Source of the DNA: a bacterium | GTDB taxonomy: Bacteria > Margulisbacteria > Marinamargulisbacteria > UBA817 > JABISL01 | NCBI GenBank assembly: GCA_018700055.1 | Contig: JABISL010000038.1 | Coordinates: forward strand, 19,161 to 83,160 | Direction: 5' to 3' | DNA length: 64,000 nucleotides | Part shown: one piece after another, positions 49,102 through 58,193 of the stretch | Numbering within the stretch: position 1 is the first letter of the stretch | Layout of the letters: the number at the start of each line of letters is the position of its first letter | Made by a program: the position numbers and the translations under genes | Notes under the pieces: model-generated | Told to the model about the DNA's origin: nothing | Databases searched by the model: none | Seen by the model: only the letters and a program-made list of their open reading frames with translations

Positions 49102-50505
49102 TTAATCCCAGGGACTTAGTTTCCAAAGCGAGCCAATGGCTTCCAAATAGCCTTTAACTGAAATACGGGTGTTTAGGTGCATATTGAGGTGAAGCGGTGG
49201 GGCCGCCTGACGCCCAATTCGCATTAAGACTCGGAGTAATGTTTGGGCCCAAGTAGGGCAATGGGGGTCGTGAATGACGTTGATATTGTGTCGAAGGCAG
49301 TACCGCATAAGCTTGTGAATGTTGCCTATAGTATAAAGGGGTATATAGTAAGGAAAAAGCGTAAGCCCTTGGCGTTTAAAGTGTTTGATAATCGGTCGGA
49401 GCTGATAGTAGTCGTTTCTGTTGCGCAGGGTAACAAGGATGCGCGTTGTGTTCTTTAGACGATCGACTACTTGAGTGGACTTGGGATGATAGGGCAGTAA
49501 TTTCATATCCTTTTCCAAGATATGAAGCCGATCTAATAGGCAATCTGAGGAAACATGCTGGAGACATTTTTCAGTGCAAGGTTTGGTTGGCGCATGATCG
49601 CATAAGTAGTCTTTTCTAATGATTTGAAAGGGATCAGACAAAGGGCCCCACTGACCAGGATGTCGGTGTTGGGATTGGGAGATAACGATCATGGGTTTTC
49701 CCATAATACTGCCGGCTTGCATGAGATCAGTGTCCGGCCCGACATAGGCGTCACAAACATTGAGTAATGACATTAACGCCATGAATGGTGGCGATGTCTG
49801 GAGGTTGAGTAATCTGGGATGGCTTATGGATTTTAGGACAACGTCATGTCCTTTTTCGTCTGGGACAAGGATGATGTTCCAGCTCCCCTTATCAAGAGTC
49901 TGTGTTACAAAGGTGGCAATGCTCTCGGGAGGGATGGTAAGACCGTTAGTAGTTTGGCCGGTATAAACCAGAAGCGTTTGTTTGCTAGCATCTTCTAAAT
50001 GGGTCTTGAGTGCATCGACCTTGATATCCATTTCAGCCAGGGTGTACTCCTTGAGAATGGGGGGAAGGTGGTCTATTTTTAGGGGGCGAAGTAGGGCTAG
50101 GTTGCGTTGGACTTGATGCTGACTTAGGTCTTGCGCATTGATTTTGGTGCCTTTATTAAAAAATAATCGATTAATGGGGTTGCTGATGTCTCCAAAACGA
50201 AACGGAATACCCACACGGCGTCCTAATTGTACCAAAGGTGAGTGGCTCCATAAGCAAATATAGATGTCATATGACTGGGATTTAATTGTTTGGCGCAGCT
50301 TTTTGCTTGAGCCAGGGGACCATGTATGGACGTTTTGGATTAAAGGGTGAAAAGTCACACAGTCTGCCGACTCAACATTGGTAATGATGTCGATGATGGG
50401 TGTATTAAAGTGCTCTGTCAGCCGTTCAATTAGAGGGAAGGCCAATATGACATCTGCTCGCGAACGGGCTTGTTGAATCAAAATACGCGGACTCGATTTT
50501 TTCAT
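49102..50505 (-). CDS. Glycosyltransferase family 9 (heptosyltransferase-like), divergent
   Basis: RADVILAFP, HQVQRNLALL, VGPDTDLMQ, QWGP. Confidence 0.75.
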   Translation of the reverse strand: MKKSSPRILIQQARSRADVILAFPLIERLTEHFNTPIIDIITNVESADCVTFHPLIQNVHTWSPGSSKKLRQTIKSQSYDIYICLWSHSPLVQLGRRVGIPFRFGDISNPINRLFFNKGTKINAQDLSQHQVQRNLALLRPLKIDHLPPILKEYTLAEMDIKVDALKTHLEDASKQTLLVYTGQTTNGLTIPPESIATFVTQTLDKGSWNIILVPDEKGHDVVLKSISHPRLLNLQTSPPFMALMSLLNVCDAYVGPDTDLMQAGSIMGKPMIVISQSQHRHPGQWGPLSDPFQIIRKDYLCDHAPTKPCTEKCLQHVSSDCLLDRLHILEKDMKLLPYHPKSTQVVDRLKNTTRILVTLRNRNDYYQLRPIIKHFKRQGLTLFPYYIPLYTIGNIHKLMRYCLRHNINVIHDPHCPTWAQTLLRVLMRIGRQAAPPLHLNMHLNTRISVKGYLEAIGSLWKLSPWD

Positions 50506-50578
50506 ATCTTCTATTATAGAGAAGCGCGGAGCCCAAAGCTACTTTCCCTGAAGTGGGGATGCCCTTATAATGATTGTC

Positions 50579-52222
50579 ATGAGTGATAAAAGACGAATTT
50601 TGGTGACGAGTGCATTGCCGTATGCGAATGGTAGTATTCATTTGGGACATTTGGTGGAGTATATTCAAACGGATGTATGGGCACGTTTTCAGAAGATGCG
50701 TGGGCACGAGTGTGTTTATATCTGTGCGGACGATACGCATGGCACACCGATTATGTTGTCTGCGCAGAAACAAGGCATTACGCCAGAAGAGCTAATCGAG
50801 AAGGTTCATGTTGAACACCAGGCTGATTTTGCGGCCTTTCATGTAGAGTTTGATACGTATCACACTACTCATTGTGACGAAAACAAAGAACTGTCTGAGC
50901 TGATTTATAATCGAGCGAAGGCCGCGGGTGCGATTTGTGAGAAGGATATTGAGCAGCTTTATGATGAAGAAGCGGGTATGTTTTTACCGGATCGATTTGT
51001 CAAAGGTGAGTGTCCCAAGTGTGAGGCAAAAGAGCAGTATGGTGATTCTTGTGAGGTTTGTTCAGCAACCTATTCACCGAAAGACTTGGTGGAACCAGTG
51101 TCAGTGGTCAGTGGTCAGAAGCCAGTATTGCGTCACTCCAATCACATCTTTTTCAAATTATCTGACTATGAAGGTTTTTTGCAAGAATGGTTTAAACAGG
51201 ATCCGGTTCATGAAGGACTTAAAAAGAAACTCAACGAATGGTTTGAATCAGGCTTAAAGGATTGGGATATTTCGAGAGATGCCCCATATTTTGGATTTAA
51301 GATACCGGGAACGGATGATAAATATTTTTATGTTTGGGTAGATGCCCCAGTGGGATATATGGCCTCTACGAAAAAATGGTGCGAGACCAATGGCGGGGAT
51401 TTTGACTCTATTTGGGTGAATGGTGATTATGAAATACATCATTTTATTGGCAAAGACATTCTCTATTTTCATACGCTTTTTTGGCCTGTGATGCTGCATG
51501 TAGCTGAGTTTCAAACCCCACATCATGTGCATGTGCATGGATTCTTAACGGTTAATGGGGAGAAGATGTCGAAAAGTCGTGGGACCTTTATTTTGGCGAG
51601 TAGTTATTTGGAACAGGGCCTAAACCCAGAGTATCTTCGCTATTATTATGCGTCTAAATTGTCCGCTTCAGTAGAAGATATTGATCTGAACTTCGATGAT
51701 TTTATTCAACGAGTGAATTCAGACGTTGTGAATAAGTTCGTGAATATTGGGAGCCGGTTGGGTGCCATTGTTCGTAAGAAATTGGATCTAAAGTTGTCGA
51801 CTCCTGACGCTGAAGGCGAGACTCTATTGGCCGAGATGAGACAGTCGATTCCAGTGGTGGCAGATTTGTATGACGCCAGAGAGACGAACAAGGCGATGCG
51901 TGAAATCATGCGGTTAGCAGATCTTGCTAATCAATATATAGACCAAAAGGCGCCGTGGACGGTTGTAAAAACAGACGAAGAGCATGCGCGTGCGATTTGT
52001 ACATCGGGGTTAAATGCCTTGGCAATCCTTTCGGGACTATTAAGTCCGGTGATGCCAGTGCTATCTAGTAAAGTGGCTTCGTTCTTGGGTATAACGGATA
52101 CAATTTGGGATGCAATTGGGACCTTGATAAGCGATCGTGAGATTGCTCCTTTTGAGCGGATGGCAGATCGAGTGGATGCCGACCAGGTTGCCTCTCTTAC
52201 CTGTACACCTAAGACTGCATAA
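50579..52222 (+). CDS. metG: Methionine--tRNA ligase (start revised to ATG 50579); lacks the C-terminal tRNA-binding domain
   Basis: TSALPYANGSIHLGH, zinc knuckle CPKC..CEVC, KMSKS. Confidence 0.97.
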   Translation: MSDKRRILVTSALPYANGSIHLGHLVEYIQTDVWARFQKMRGHECVYICADDTHGTPIMLSAQKQGITPEELIEKVHVEHQADFAAFHVEFDTYHTTHCDENKELSELIYNRAKAAGAICEKDIEQLYDEEAGMFLPDRFVKGECPKCEAKEQYGDSCEVCSATYSPKDLVEPVSVVSGQKPVLRHSNHIFFKLSDYEGFLQEWFKQDPVHEGLKKKLNEWFESGLKDWDISRDAPYFGFKIPGTDDKYFYVWVDAPVGYMASTKKWCETNGGDFDSIWVNGDYEIHHFIGKDILYFHTLFWPVMLHVAEFQTPHHVHVHGFLTVNGEKMSKSRGTFILASSYLEQGLNPEYLRYYYASKLSASVEDIDLNFDDFIQRVNSDVVNKFVNIGSRLGAIVRKKLDLKLSTPDAEGETLLAEMRQSIPVVADLYDARETNKAMREIMRLADLANQYIDQKAPWTVVKTDEEHARAICTSGLNALAILSGLLSPVMPVLSSKVASFLGITDTIWDAIGTLISDREIAPFERMADRVDADQVASLTCTPKTA

Positions 52223-52319
52223 AGCGCTAAGGTCTTTTTGAAGATAGTTCCAGCTTAAGTAGAATGTTTATCCTTTCCAAAAAGGGGGTATACCATAGTT
52301 GTACGCGGGAGTATTAGCT

Positions 52320-52961
52320 ATGAAACAAGTAAGATTATGGATATTGGGATTAATGCTAGCGGCGATAGTCGTTCAGCCAGCCTATGCTACGGTTGCAGCA
52401 GGGTCCGTTTTTGCTACATCTTCAGATAATTCTGGTGGCGCTACCTTTGAAAACAATACCTATCAATCTAGTCAGGTAGTGGCTTCAAGTGAGAATAACG
52501 CCATTGATGTATTGGGGCTTTGGTTCATTAATAATGGCCAGAGTGTCAGTGATGACTTGGTAGTATTTCGCTTAATATTTAATAACTTTTTGTTTGGTGC
52601 GGACGGTGCCGTCAACGTATCGGACATTGACTTGTTTAACGATGGAGAGGCTCGGTTCGTAACGCCGCCGTTGGTATATCCAAACCCTTGGGTAATTAGT
52701 AAAAGCGCTACTGCTGAATTGGGATATACATTGTCACGTAATATGAAAATGACGCTCCATATTTATGACATGCTGGGTCACCGAATTTACCAAAGAGAGA
52801 TTGAAGAAGGTAGTGTAGGTGGTGCCGAAGGAACAGGTAATAAGATTAAGCTAAATGCAGAAACATTTGGCGGCTACGAGTTGTCATCAGGGGTTTACTT
52901 CTATGTATTTGTCTATGAAGGGAAAGTAATAGAAAAAGGTAAGTTCGCCGTTCTGCCATAA
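52320..52961 (+). CDS. Secreted protein with a T9SS-type-A-like (FlgD-Ig-like) C-terminal domain (start ATG 52320)
   Basis: Signal peptide ending AYA; GGAG SD; VYPNP...IYDMLG...LSSGVYFY...KGKFAVLP. Confidence 0.75.
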   Translation: MKQVRLWILGLMLAAIVVQPAYATVAAGSVFATSSDNSGGATFENNTYQSSQVVASSENNAIDVLGLWFINNGQSVSDDLVVFRLIFNNFLFGADGAVNVSDIDLFNDGEARFVTPPLVYPNPWVISKSATAELGYTLSRNMKMTLHIYDMLGHRIYQREIEEGSVGGAEGTGNKIKLNAETFGGYELSSGVYFYVFVYEGKVIEKGKFAVLP

Positions 52962-52971
52962 AGTCTATTGT

Positions 52972-53110
52972 ATAAGATCCACTTTGACCTTCGGCAAAGG
53001 TGGATCGCGCTCGGTCTGAATGAATCAGCCCCTCGCTTAGTCGCAGACGCACGTAGTTCGTTCGGACTAACTGGGCCAGATCTCTCCAAACGGTTGTGAG
53101 AGCCCTGAGC
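52972..53110 (+). repeat. Structured dispersed repeat, copy B, with extra stem-loops
   Basis: ATAAGATCCACTTTGACC-TTCG-GCAAAGGTGGATC; CTGA-ATGAA-TCAG; TTAGTC..GACTAA; CTCTC..GAGAG. Confidence 0.7.
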
Positions 53111-53129
53111 ACAATGTAGAATAGAGCCC

Positions 53130-53696
53130 ATGAAAACATTACTCATGGGTTTTTTAGTGTGCGTTGTAAGTGCTTCAATGGGATTTGCGCAGTCAGAGGC
53201 ATCGCCTAAAAAGGTTGCTCGAGCGAAAGCGCCGATCGAATATAACGCCTTTCGTTTTGGTCATGGATGGAGCAATGAGATTCCTTATGGTTACTTCGTA
53301 GAGATGGACCATATTATTTCGGGGACCACATCGATCGCATTTGGTGCCGGTTCATTTAATCAGCGTGTTAACAAAGATATCTTAGAAATTGTGACATACA
53401 AGGTCACTTACAGACAGTACGCCGAAGTGTTTTCCAAGGGGTATTGGGGGCTTGGTGGTTTGATTAGCGATGTTCAGGCGACAACAGATTCGACTACTGC
53501 TAGAGGGACTGTTCCGGCTGTATTTGCTGAAGCTGGATATTTGATCACCTTACGCCCTGTTATTATTGATTTGGCATTTACGGCGGGATACTCCTTTGGA
53601 GCTATGAGTGCTAGCACGGGAACCTTGGAAGGCATTGCATACAATCCAAATAAGTTGACATGGGGCTTTCGAATAGCCGCTGGATACACTTTTTAG
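53130..53696 (+). CDS. Secreted small outer-membrane beta-barrel protein
   Basis: Signal peptide, FAEAGY, C-terminal AAGYTF beta-signal. Confidence 0.7.
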   Translation: MKTLLMGFLVCVVSASMGFAQSEASPKKVARAKAPIEYNAFRFGHGWSNEIPYGYFVEMDHIISGTTSIAFGAGSFNQRVNKDILEIVTYKVTYRQYAEVFSKGYWGLGGLISDVQATTDSTTARGTVPAVFAEAGYLITLRPVIIDLAFTAGYSFGAMSASTGTLEGIAYNPNKLTWGFRIAAGYTF

Positions 53697-53698
53697 GT

Positions 53699-53817
53699 CG
53701 GCCACTAATTTTGGCGTCTGAACTATTTTAGCCACCTTTTTTGTCCTCGACGTATAGTAATACGCCTGCGGAAAAAAGCGGACTAAAAATAGCCGCCTTT
53801 TCAAAACTAGCAGGCCG
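53699..53817. repeat. Long imperfect palindrome (REP/MITE-like)
   Basis: Nested arms CGGCC/GGCCG, CTAATTTTG/CAAAACTAG, CTATTTTAG/CTAAAAATAG and T6/A6 around the core GACGTA-TAGTAA-TACGCC. Confidence 0.65.
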
Positions 53818-53926
53818 TTTAAGCATAAAATAAAAGCTCGATGCTACACAAAAAAGTCGGTGGCTGGTATACTCACGAGTAATCAAATGGGCAGGGGAAA
53901 TTTAGCCCATCTCTAGGAGTTTTTTT

Positions 53927-54967
53927 ATGCGTTGGAATTTCATGTCCAAACTGTTTCCTTCTTTAAATTGTGATCTAGGTATCGATCTTGGTACAGCCAA
54001 TGTATTGGTGTTTGTACGTGGTCGAGGCGTTGTTATTCAAGAGCCATCAGTGGTTGCGTTGGATAGCACTAAGAACTTGGTATTAGCTGTAGGTAACGAC
54101 GCCAAGCGAATGATTGGTCGTACACCAGGAAATGTAATAGCGGTTCGTCCATTAAGAGACGGTGTTATTGCTGATTTTGAAGTGACAGAAACCATGTTGA
54201 AATACTTTATTCGTAAAGCATTGGATCGCAAATTTTTGATATCTAAGCCGAGAATTATTATTGGCGTTCCTTCTGGGATCACTGGTGTGGAGAAGCGTGC
54301 TGTATTGGACGCTGCTTATCATGCTGGTGCTAGAGAAGCTTATTTACTAGAAGAGCCAATGGCTGCTGCAATTGGGGCGAACTTGCCTGTATCTGAACCA
54401 GAAGGAAGTATGGTTGTAGATATTGGTGGCGGAACAACAGAAGTCGCTGTGATTTCACTTGGCGGTATTGTTGTTGCGAAGTCTATTCGAGTGGCTGGTG
54501 ATGAAATGGATGAAGCGATTATTTCTCACTGTCGTGAAAACTATCGACTATTGATTGGTGAGCGAACAGCTGAAGAAGTAAAGATTCGTTTGGGATCGGC
54601 TTTTGACATGGAAGAAGAAAAAACGATGGAAGTAAGAGGCCGTGATTTGGTTTCGGGTCTGCCTAAAACATTTACGTTCACGAGTATCGAAATTCGTGAA
54701 GCGCTAAAAGATACTATTTCAACGATTGTTGATGGGATTCGTACAACGCTAGAAAAAACTCCTCCGGAGCTTTCATCAGACATTATGGATTCAGGTATTA
54801 CACTTGCAGGTGGTGGGGCGTTACTAAAAGGCCTTGATCAGCACATTCAAATGGAAACGAATATTCGAACAGTTATCGCTGAAGATGCACTCAAATGTGT
54901 GGCGCTAGGCACAGGAAAAGCGTTGGATGAAATTGAAGTACTCAAAAAAGCCTTAATTACTGAGTAA
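53927..54967 (+). CDS. mreB: Rod shape-determining protein MreB
   Basis: [36 protein letters not shown]; AGGAG SD; TGgTATACT at 53865-53873. Confidence 0.98.
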   Translation: MRWNFMSKLFPSLNCDLGIDLGTANVLVFVRGRGVVIQEPSVVALDSTKNLVLAVGNDAKRMIGRTPGNVIAVRPLRDGVIADFEVTETMLKYFIRKALDRKFLISKPRIIIGVPSGITGVEKRAVLDAAYHAGAREAYLLEEPMAAAIGANLPVSEPEGSMVVDIGGGTTEVAVISLGGIVVAKSIRVAGDEMDEAIISHCRENYRLLIGERTAEEVKIRLGSAFDMEEEKTMEVRGRDLVSGLPKTFTFTSIEIREALKDTISTIVDGIRTTLEKTPPELSSDIMDSGITLAGGGALLKGLDQHIQMETNIRTVIAEDALKCVALGTGKALDEIEVLKKALITE

Positions 54968-55010
54968 GAGATCTGGGAATTTTGTGGTTGTAGGCTATAA
55001 TTAACTGGGG

Positions 55011-55097
55011 CATATAATAATCCGAGAAATTGTCCGCTCTATTCAAATGAATTACCTTTCAAATTGAGAGCGTATCTGCACCTGGATGAGTTGTATG
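55011..55097 (+). other. Long stem-loop in the mreB-hemW spacer
   Basis: CATATAA/TTGTATG, ATCCG/TGGAT and CGCTCT/AGAGCG arms; TATAAT at 54996-55001 just upstream. Confidence 0.45.
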
Positions 55098-55110
55098 ATA
55101 CTTTAATCCT

Positions 55111-56247
55111 ATGATTCAACATTCCGATTCGGCATTGTCAGTGTATATCCATGTGCCGTTTTGCGCCAAGTTGTGCCCGTATTGTGCATTCTATAAGCAG
55201 AAATGGGGTAAAGAACGTGAGCAGGCCTTTGTGGAGGCTACTGTGAAGGAGATTGAGTGGTATGGGGAACACTACCCTGATGAGGTGGTGCGAACAGTGT
55301 TTTGGGGTGGGGGAACTCCCAATATTCTCAAGCGAGTATCAGTAGAGCGTATTATGACTGCGCTTAGAAATGCCTATTCATTTCAAGATGAGGTTGAGAT
55401 TACTATGGAGATGAATCCAGGTATGTCATCCAAGGGAAAGCTGGCAGCGTTCAGAGAAGCTGGAATTAATCGCGTAAGTCTTGGTGTTCAATCTATGAAT
55501 GCAGATGAACTGGTGGTGTTGGGACGAAATCATACGGCGGAAAATACTCACAAGACACTGAAGCATATTCGAGAAGTTGGTTTTGATAACGTAAGTGTGG
55601 ATCTAATGTTCGGGTTGCCGAATTCCACAGTTAGGTCTCTGCAGAATAGTTTGGATGCGGTGTTGGATTATGACCCGGAGCACTTATCTACTTATGGATT
55701 AACGATAGAATCGGGCACTCCTTTTTTCAGAAACCAACAGCTGAAAGTTGGACAGGACATGGAGAGAAAACAGTTTCAAAAAATCATCACAACATTGAAA
55801 AAAAAGGACTACCTTCACTATGAAGTATCTAACTTTTCAAAAATAAATAGGGAATCAAAACATAATATGGCATACTGGGAATTAAGACCGTATATTGGGT
55901 TGGGGCCCAGTGCGCACTCTTTTTTCAAGGGAAATCGTTATTCTAATAAACGGAGCTTGGATATTTATACCCGAGCCCCCTACCCTAGTGCCTACTTGAA
56001 GTCGGGTGTTAAGCCCTATTCATCTGATAAACTTTTAAAAGAGTACATAATGACAGGCTTAAGGATGATGGATGGGTTATCATTCTCGACCGTAAATGAC
56101 CTTTTTGGGGTAGACATCAAAAGACGTTATGCGAATACGATACAGTCATTGTACGCCCTTAAGTTAATCTATAAGCCTGACCACGATTTGAGGGTAACAA
56201 CTAAGGGGGTATGGGTACTTGATGAAATTGTTCAGCAGTTTCTATAG
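55111..56247 (+). CDS. hemW: Radical SAM heme chaperone HemW (HemN-like)
   Basis: YIHVPFCAKLCPYCAF, GGGTP, RVSLGVQS, YEVSNFS, HNMAYW. Confidence 0.92.
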   Translation: MIQHSDSALSVYIHVPFCAKLCPYCAFYKQKWGKEREQAFVEATVKEIEWYGEHYPDEVVRTVFWGGGTPNILKRVSVERIMTALRNAYSFQDEVEITMEMNPGMSSKGKLAAFREAGINRVSLGVQSMNADELVVLGRNHTAENTHKTLKHIREVGFDNVSVDLMFGLPNSTVRSLQNSLDAVLDYDPEHLSTYGLTIESGTPFFRNQQLKVGQDMERKQFQKIITTLKKKDYLHYEVSNFSKINRESKHNMAYWELRPYIGLGPSAHSFFKGNRYSNKRSLDIYTRAPYPSAYLKSGVKPYSSDKLLKEYIMTGLRMMDGLSFSTVNDLFGVDIKRRYANTIQSLYALKLIYKPDHDLRVTTKGVWVLDEIVQQFL

Positions 56248-57073
56248 TAGGTATCGATGGGTGGCTTACTTCAGTGTAGACACCGTAATTGGGGTGTTTT
56301 TTTGTGGTCTATTTGTAGAGCGTTTCTTAGAAGTGCCCATGCCAACAGCTTGGTGGGTTGTTTTGTTAATAAGTACTTGGCTAATCTATACGTTAGATCG
56401 TTTATTGGATGCATTAAGAAGCGGATCAAGCGTTTCTTCAAAGCGTCATTATTGGCATTATCGATACCAAAAATTGTTGCTTGGTTTAATAGGAATGGGG
56501 GTAGGTATTATTGCTTATTGTGTTCACCAACTCCCTGGTCAAATCATTTATGGCGGGGTGTTTCTGGTCTTAATTGCACTAATTCATATGTGGTCAATGC
56601 GATTGTCGAGGTATTGGTGGGTGAAAGAGCACGGCATTGCTCTCATATATACAGTAGGAATTTGGTTTGGGCCTGTTATTCTTCGTTTAAATGGTGGCGA
56701 TCCAGTTGATTGGTTGTCGGTTGGACCGGTTATTGGGCTATTTGGGGCAGCTGTTTATTTAAATCTATTGATGTATGGGTTGATTGAGCTGGATTCTGAT
56801 CGAAAAGATGGGCAGGGCTCCTTTGTTTGTCTCATCGGTGAGTGTCAGGCAGCGTCCCTTTTTAACGGACTAGCTGTTGCGGCCTTGGGATTGGGTGGGG
56901 TTATGTTAGTTGTACTTAACTCTAGAGTAGAAGTGGTGATGATTATGGGGGTGATTTTGAGCCAGGTATTGATCTTGCACAGACTTCCAAAAGCCTGGAT
57001 TGATAACGATGCGTATCGAATTTTTGCAGAGTGGAGTTTTTGGATAGTGGGTTGTGTGGTTTGGTTTGGGTAA
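56219..57073 (+). CDS. Polytopic membrane protein, UbiA-prenyltransferase-like
   Basis: About 9 TM helices; WLIYTLDRLLD, KE, D.DRKDG. Confidence 0.65.
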   Translation: MMKLFSSFYSRYRWVAYFSVDTVIGVFFCGLFVERFLEVPMPTAWWVVLLISTWLIYTLDRLLDALRSGSSVSSKRHYWHYRYQKLLLGLIGMGVGIIAYCVHQLPGQIIYGGVFLVLIALIHMWSMRLSRYWWVKEHGIALIYTVGIWFGPVILRLNGGDPVDWLSVGPVIGLFGAAVYLNLLMYGLIELDSDRKDGQGSFVCLIGECQAASLFNGLAVAALGLGGVMLVVLNSRVEVVMIMGVILSQVLILHRLPKAWIDNDAYRIFAEWSFWIVGCVVWFG

Positions 57074-57116
57074 CCATTTCTTGTGTCTGAATGAGTTGAG
57101 CGAGTACACTTAGTGA

Positions 57117-58193
57117 ATGGTTGGTAAATTTGAATTATTGAAGTCATCTAAGAAACATAAGGGCCGTGCTGGCATCTTGCATACTGCTCATGGATCGATT
57201 GAGACCCCTGTTTTTATGCCTGTGGGCACTCAGGCGACGGTAAAAGGCCTTACCCCTCAGATGGTTGAGGATACGGGCGCTCAAATTGTATTGAGTAACA
57301 CCTATCATTTGGCATTGAGACCTGGGTCAGATTTAGTGGAAGAGATGGGTGGGCTGCATAAGTTTATGAACTGGTCCAAGCCGATTCTGACGGATTCAGG
57401 TGGCTATCAAGTATTTTCGCTTAGTAAAATGAGGAAAATTTCGGATGACGGCGTGGAATTTCGATCCCATATTGATGGATCCAAGCGGATGTTTACGCCA
57501 GAGTCCGTAATCGACATTCAGCGTCAATTAGGCTCAGATATTATGATGCCTTTGGATATATGTTCGCCATATCCGTGTAAGCGGAATCAATTGGAAAAAG
57601 ATTGGATTCAAACTCTCGCATGGGAAAAACGAGCGAAAGCTCATTGGGAAAAGGCCCCTGGTAAGCAGTTGCTATTCGCTATTGTTCAAGGTGGGATGGA
57701 TAATGGGCTACGTAAAGAAAGTGCCCAAGCGCTTATTGATTTGGACTTTCCTGGTTATGCCGTTGGTGGCGTGAGTGTAGGAGAGCCATTGGATGAAATG
57801 AATGAGATTACGGCTCACACTGTTCCGTTGCTTCCTGAAGACAAGCCGCGCTATTTGATGGGGGTAGGGTTACCTGAAAATATGCAGTTTTGTATTGAAC
57901 AGGGTGTTGATATGTTTGATTGTGTTGCACCTACACGCCTGGCTAGACACGGCCAAGTATTTGATCAAGAAGGTGGTCGTCTTAATATCAAGAATGCTCA
58001 ATTTCAAAGGGACCAGGCACCGATTGATCCTAGCTGTGATTGTTACGCTTGTCAGCACTTTACGCGTGCTTATATTCGTCACCTTTTTATTGCAAAAGAG
58101 GTGTTGGCGATTACACTAATGAGCTTGCATAACATCCGTCATATGGTCCGACTGGTTACCCGTATCCGCGAAGGGATATTGGCTGAAGATTAG
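57117..58193 (+). CDS. tgt: tRNA-guanine transglycosylase
   Basis: ETPVFMPVGT, LTDSGGYQV, PRYLMGVG, CDCYAC..H. Confidence 0.98.
   Translation: MVGKFELLKSSKKHKGRAGILHTAHGSIETPVFMPVGTQATVKGLTPQMVEDTGAQIVLSNTYHLALRPGSDLVEEMGGLHKFMNWSKPILTDSGGYQVFSLSKMRKISDDGVEFRSHIDGSKRMFTPESVIDIQRQLGSDIMMPLDICSPYPCKRNQLEKDWIQTLAWEKRAKAHWEKAPGKQLLFAIVQGGMDNGLRKESAQALIDLDFPGYAVGGVSVGEPLDEMNEITAHTVPLLPEDKPRYLMGVGLPENMQFCIEQGVDMFDCVAPTRLARHGQVFDQEGGRLNIKNAQFQRDQAPIDPSCDCYACQHFTRAYIRHLFIAKEVLAITLMSLHNIRHMVRLVTRIREGILAED

Noticed and set aside
55007-55097. 6S RNA, SRP RNA or purine riboswitch identity for the mreB-hemW hairpin
   Set aside because: Too short for 6S, no SRP GGAA domain-IV motif and no purine aptamer core; kept only as an unassigned structure.
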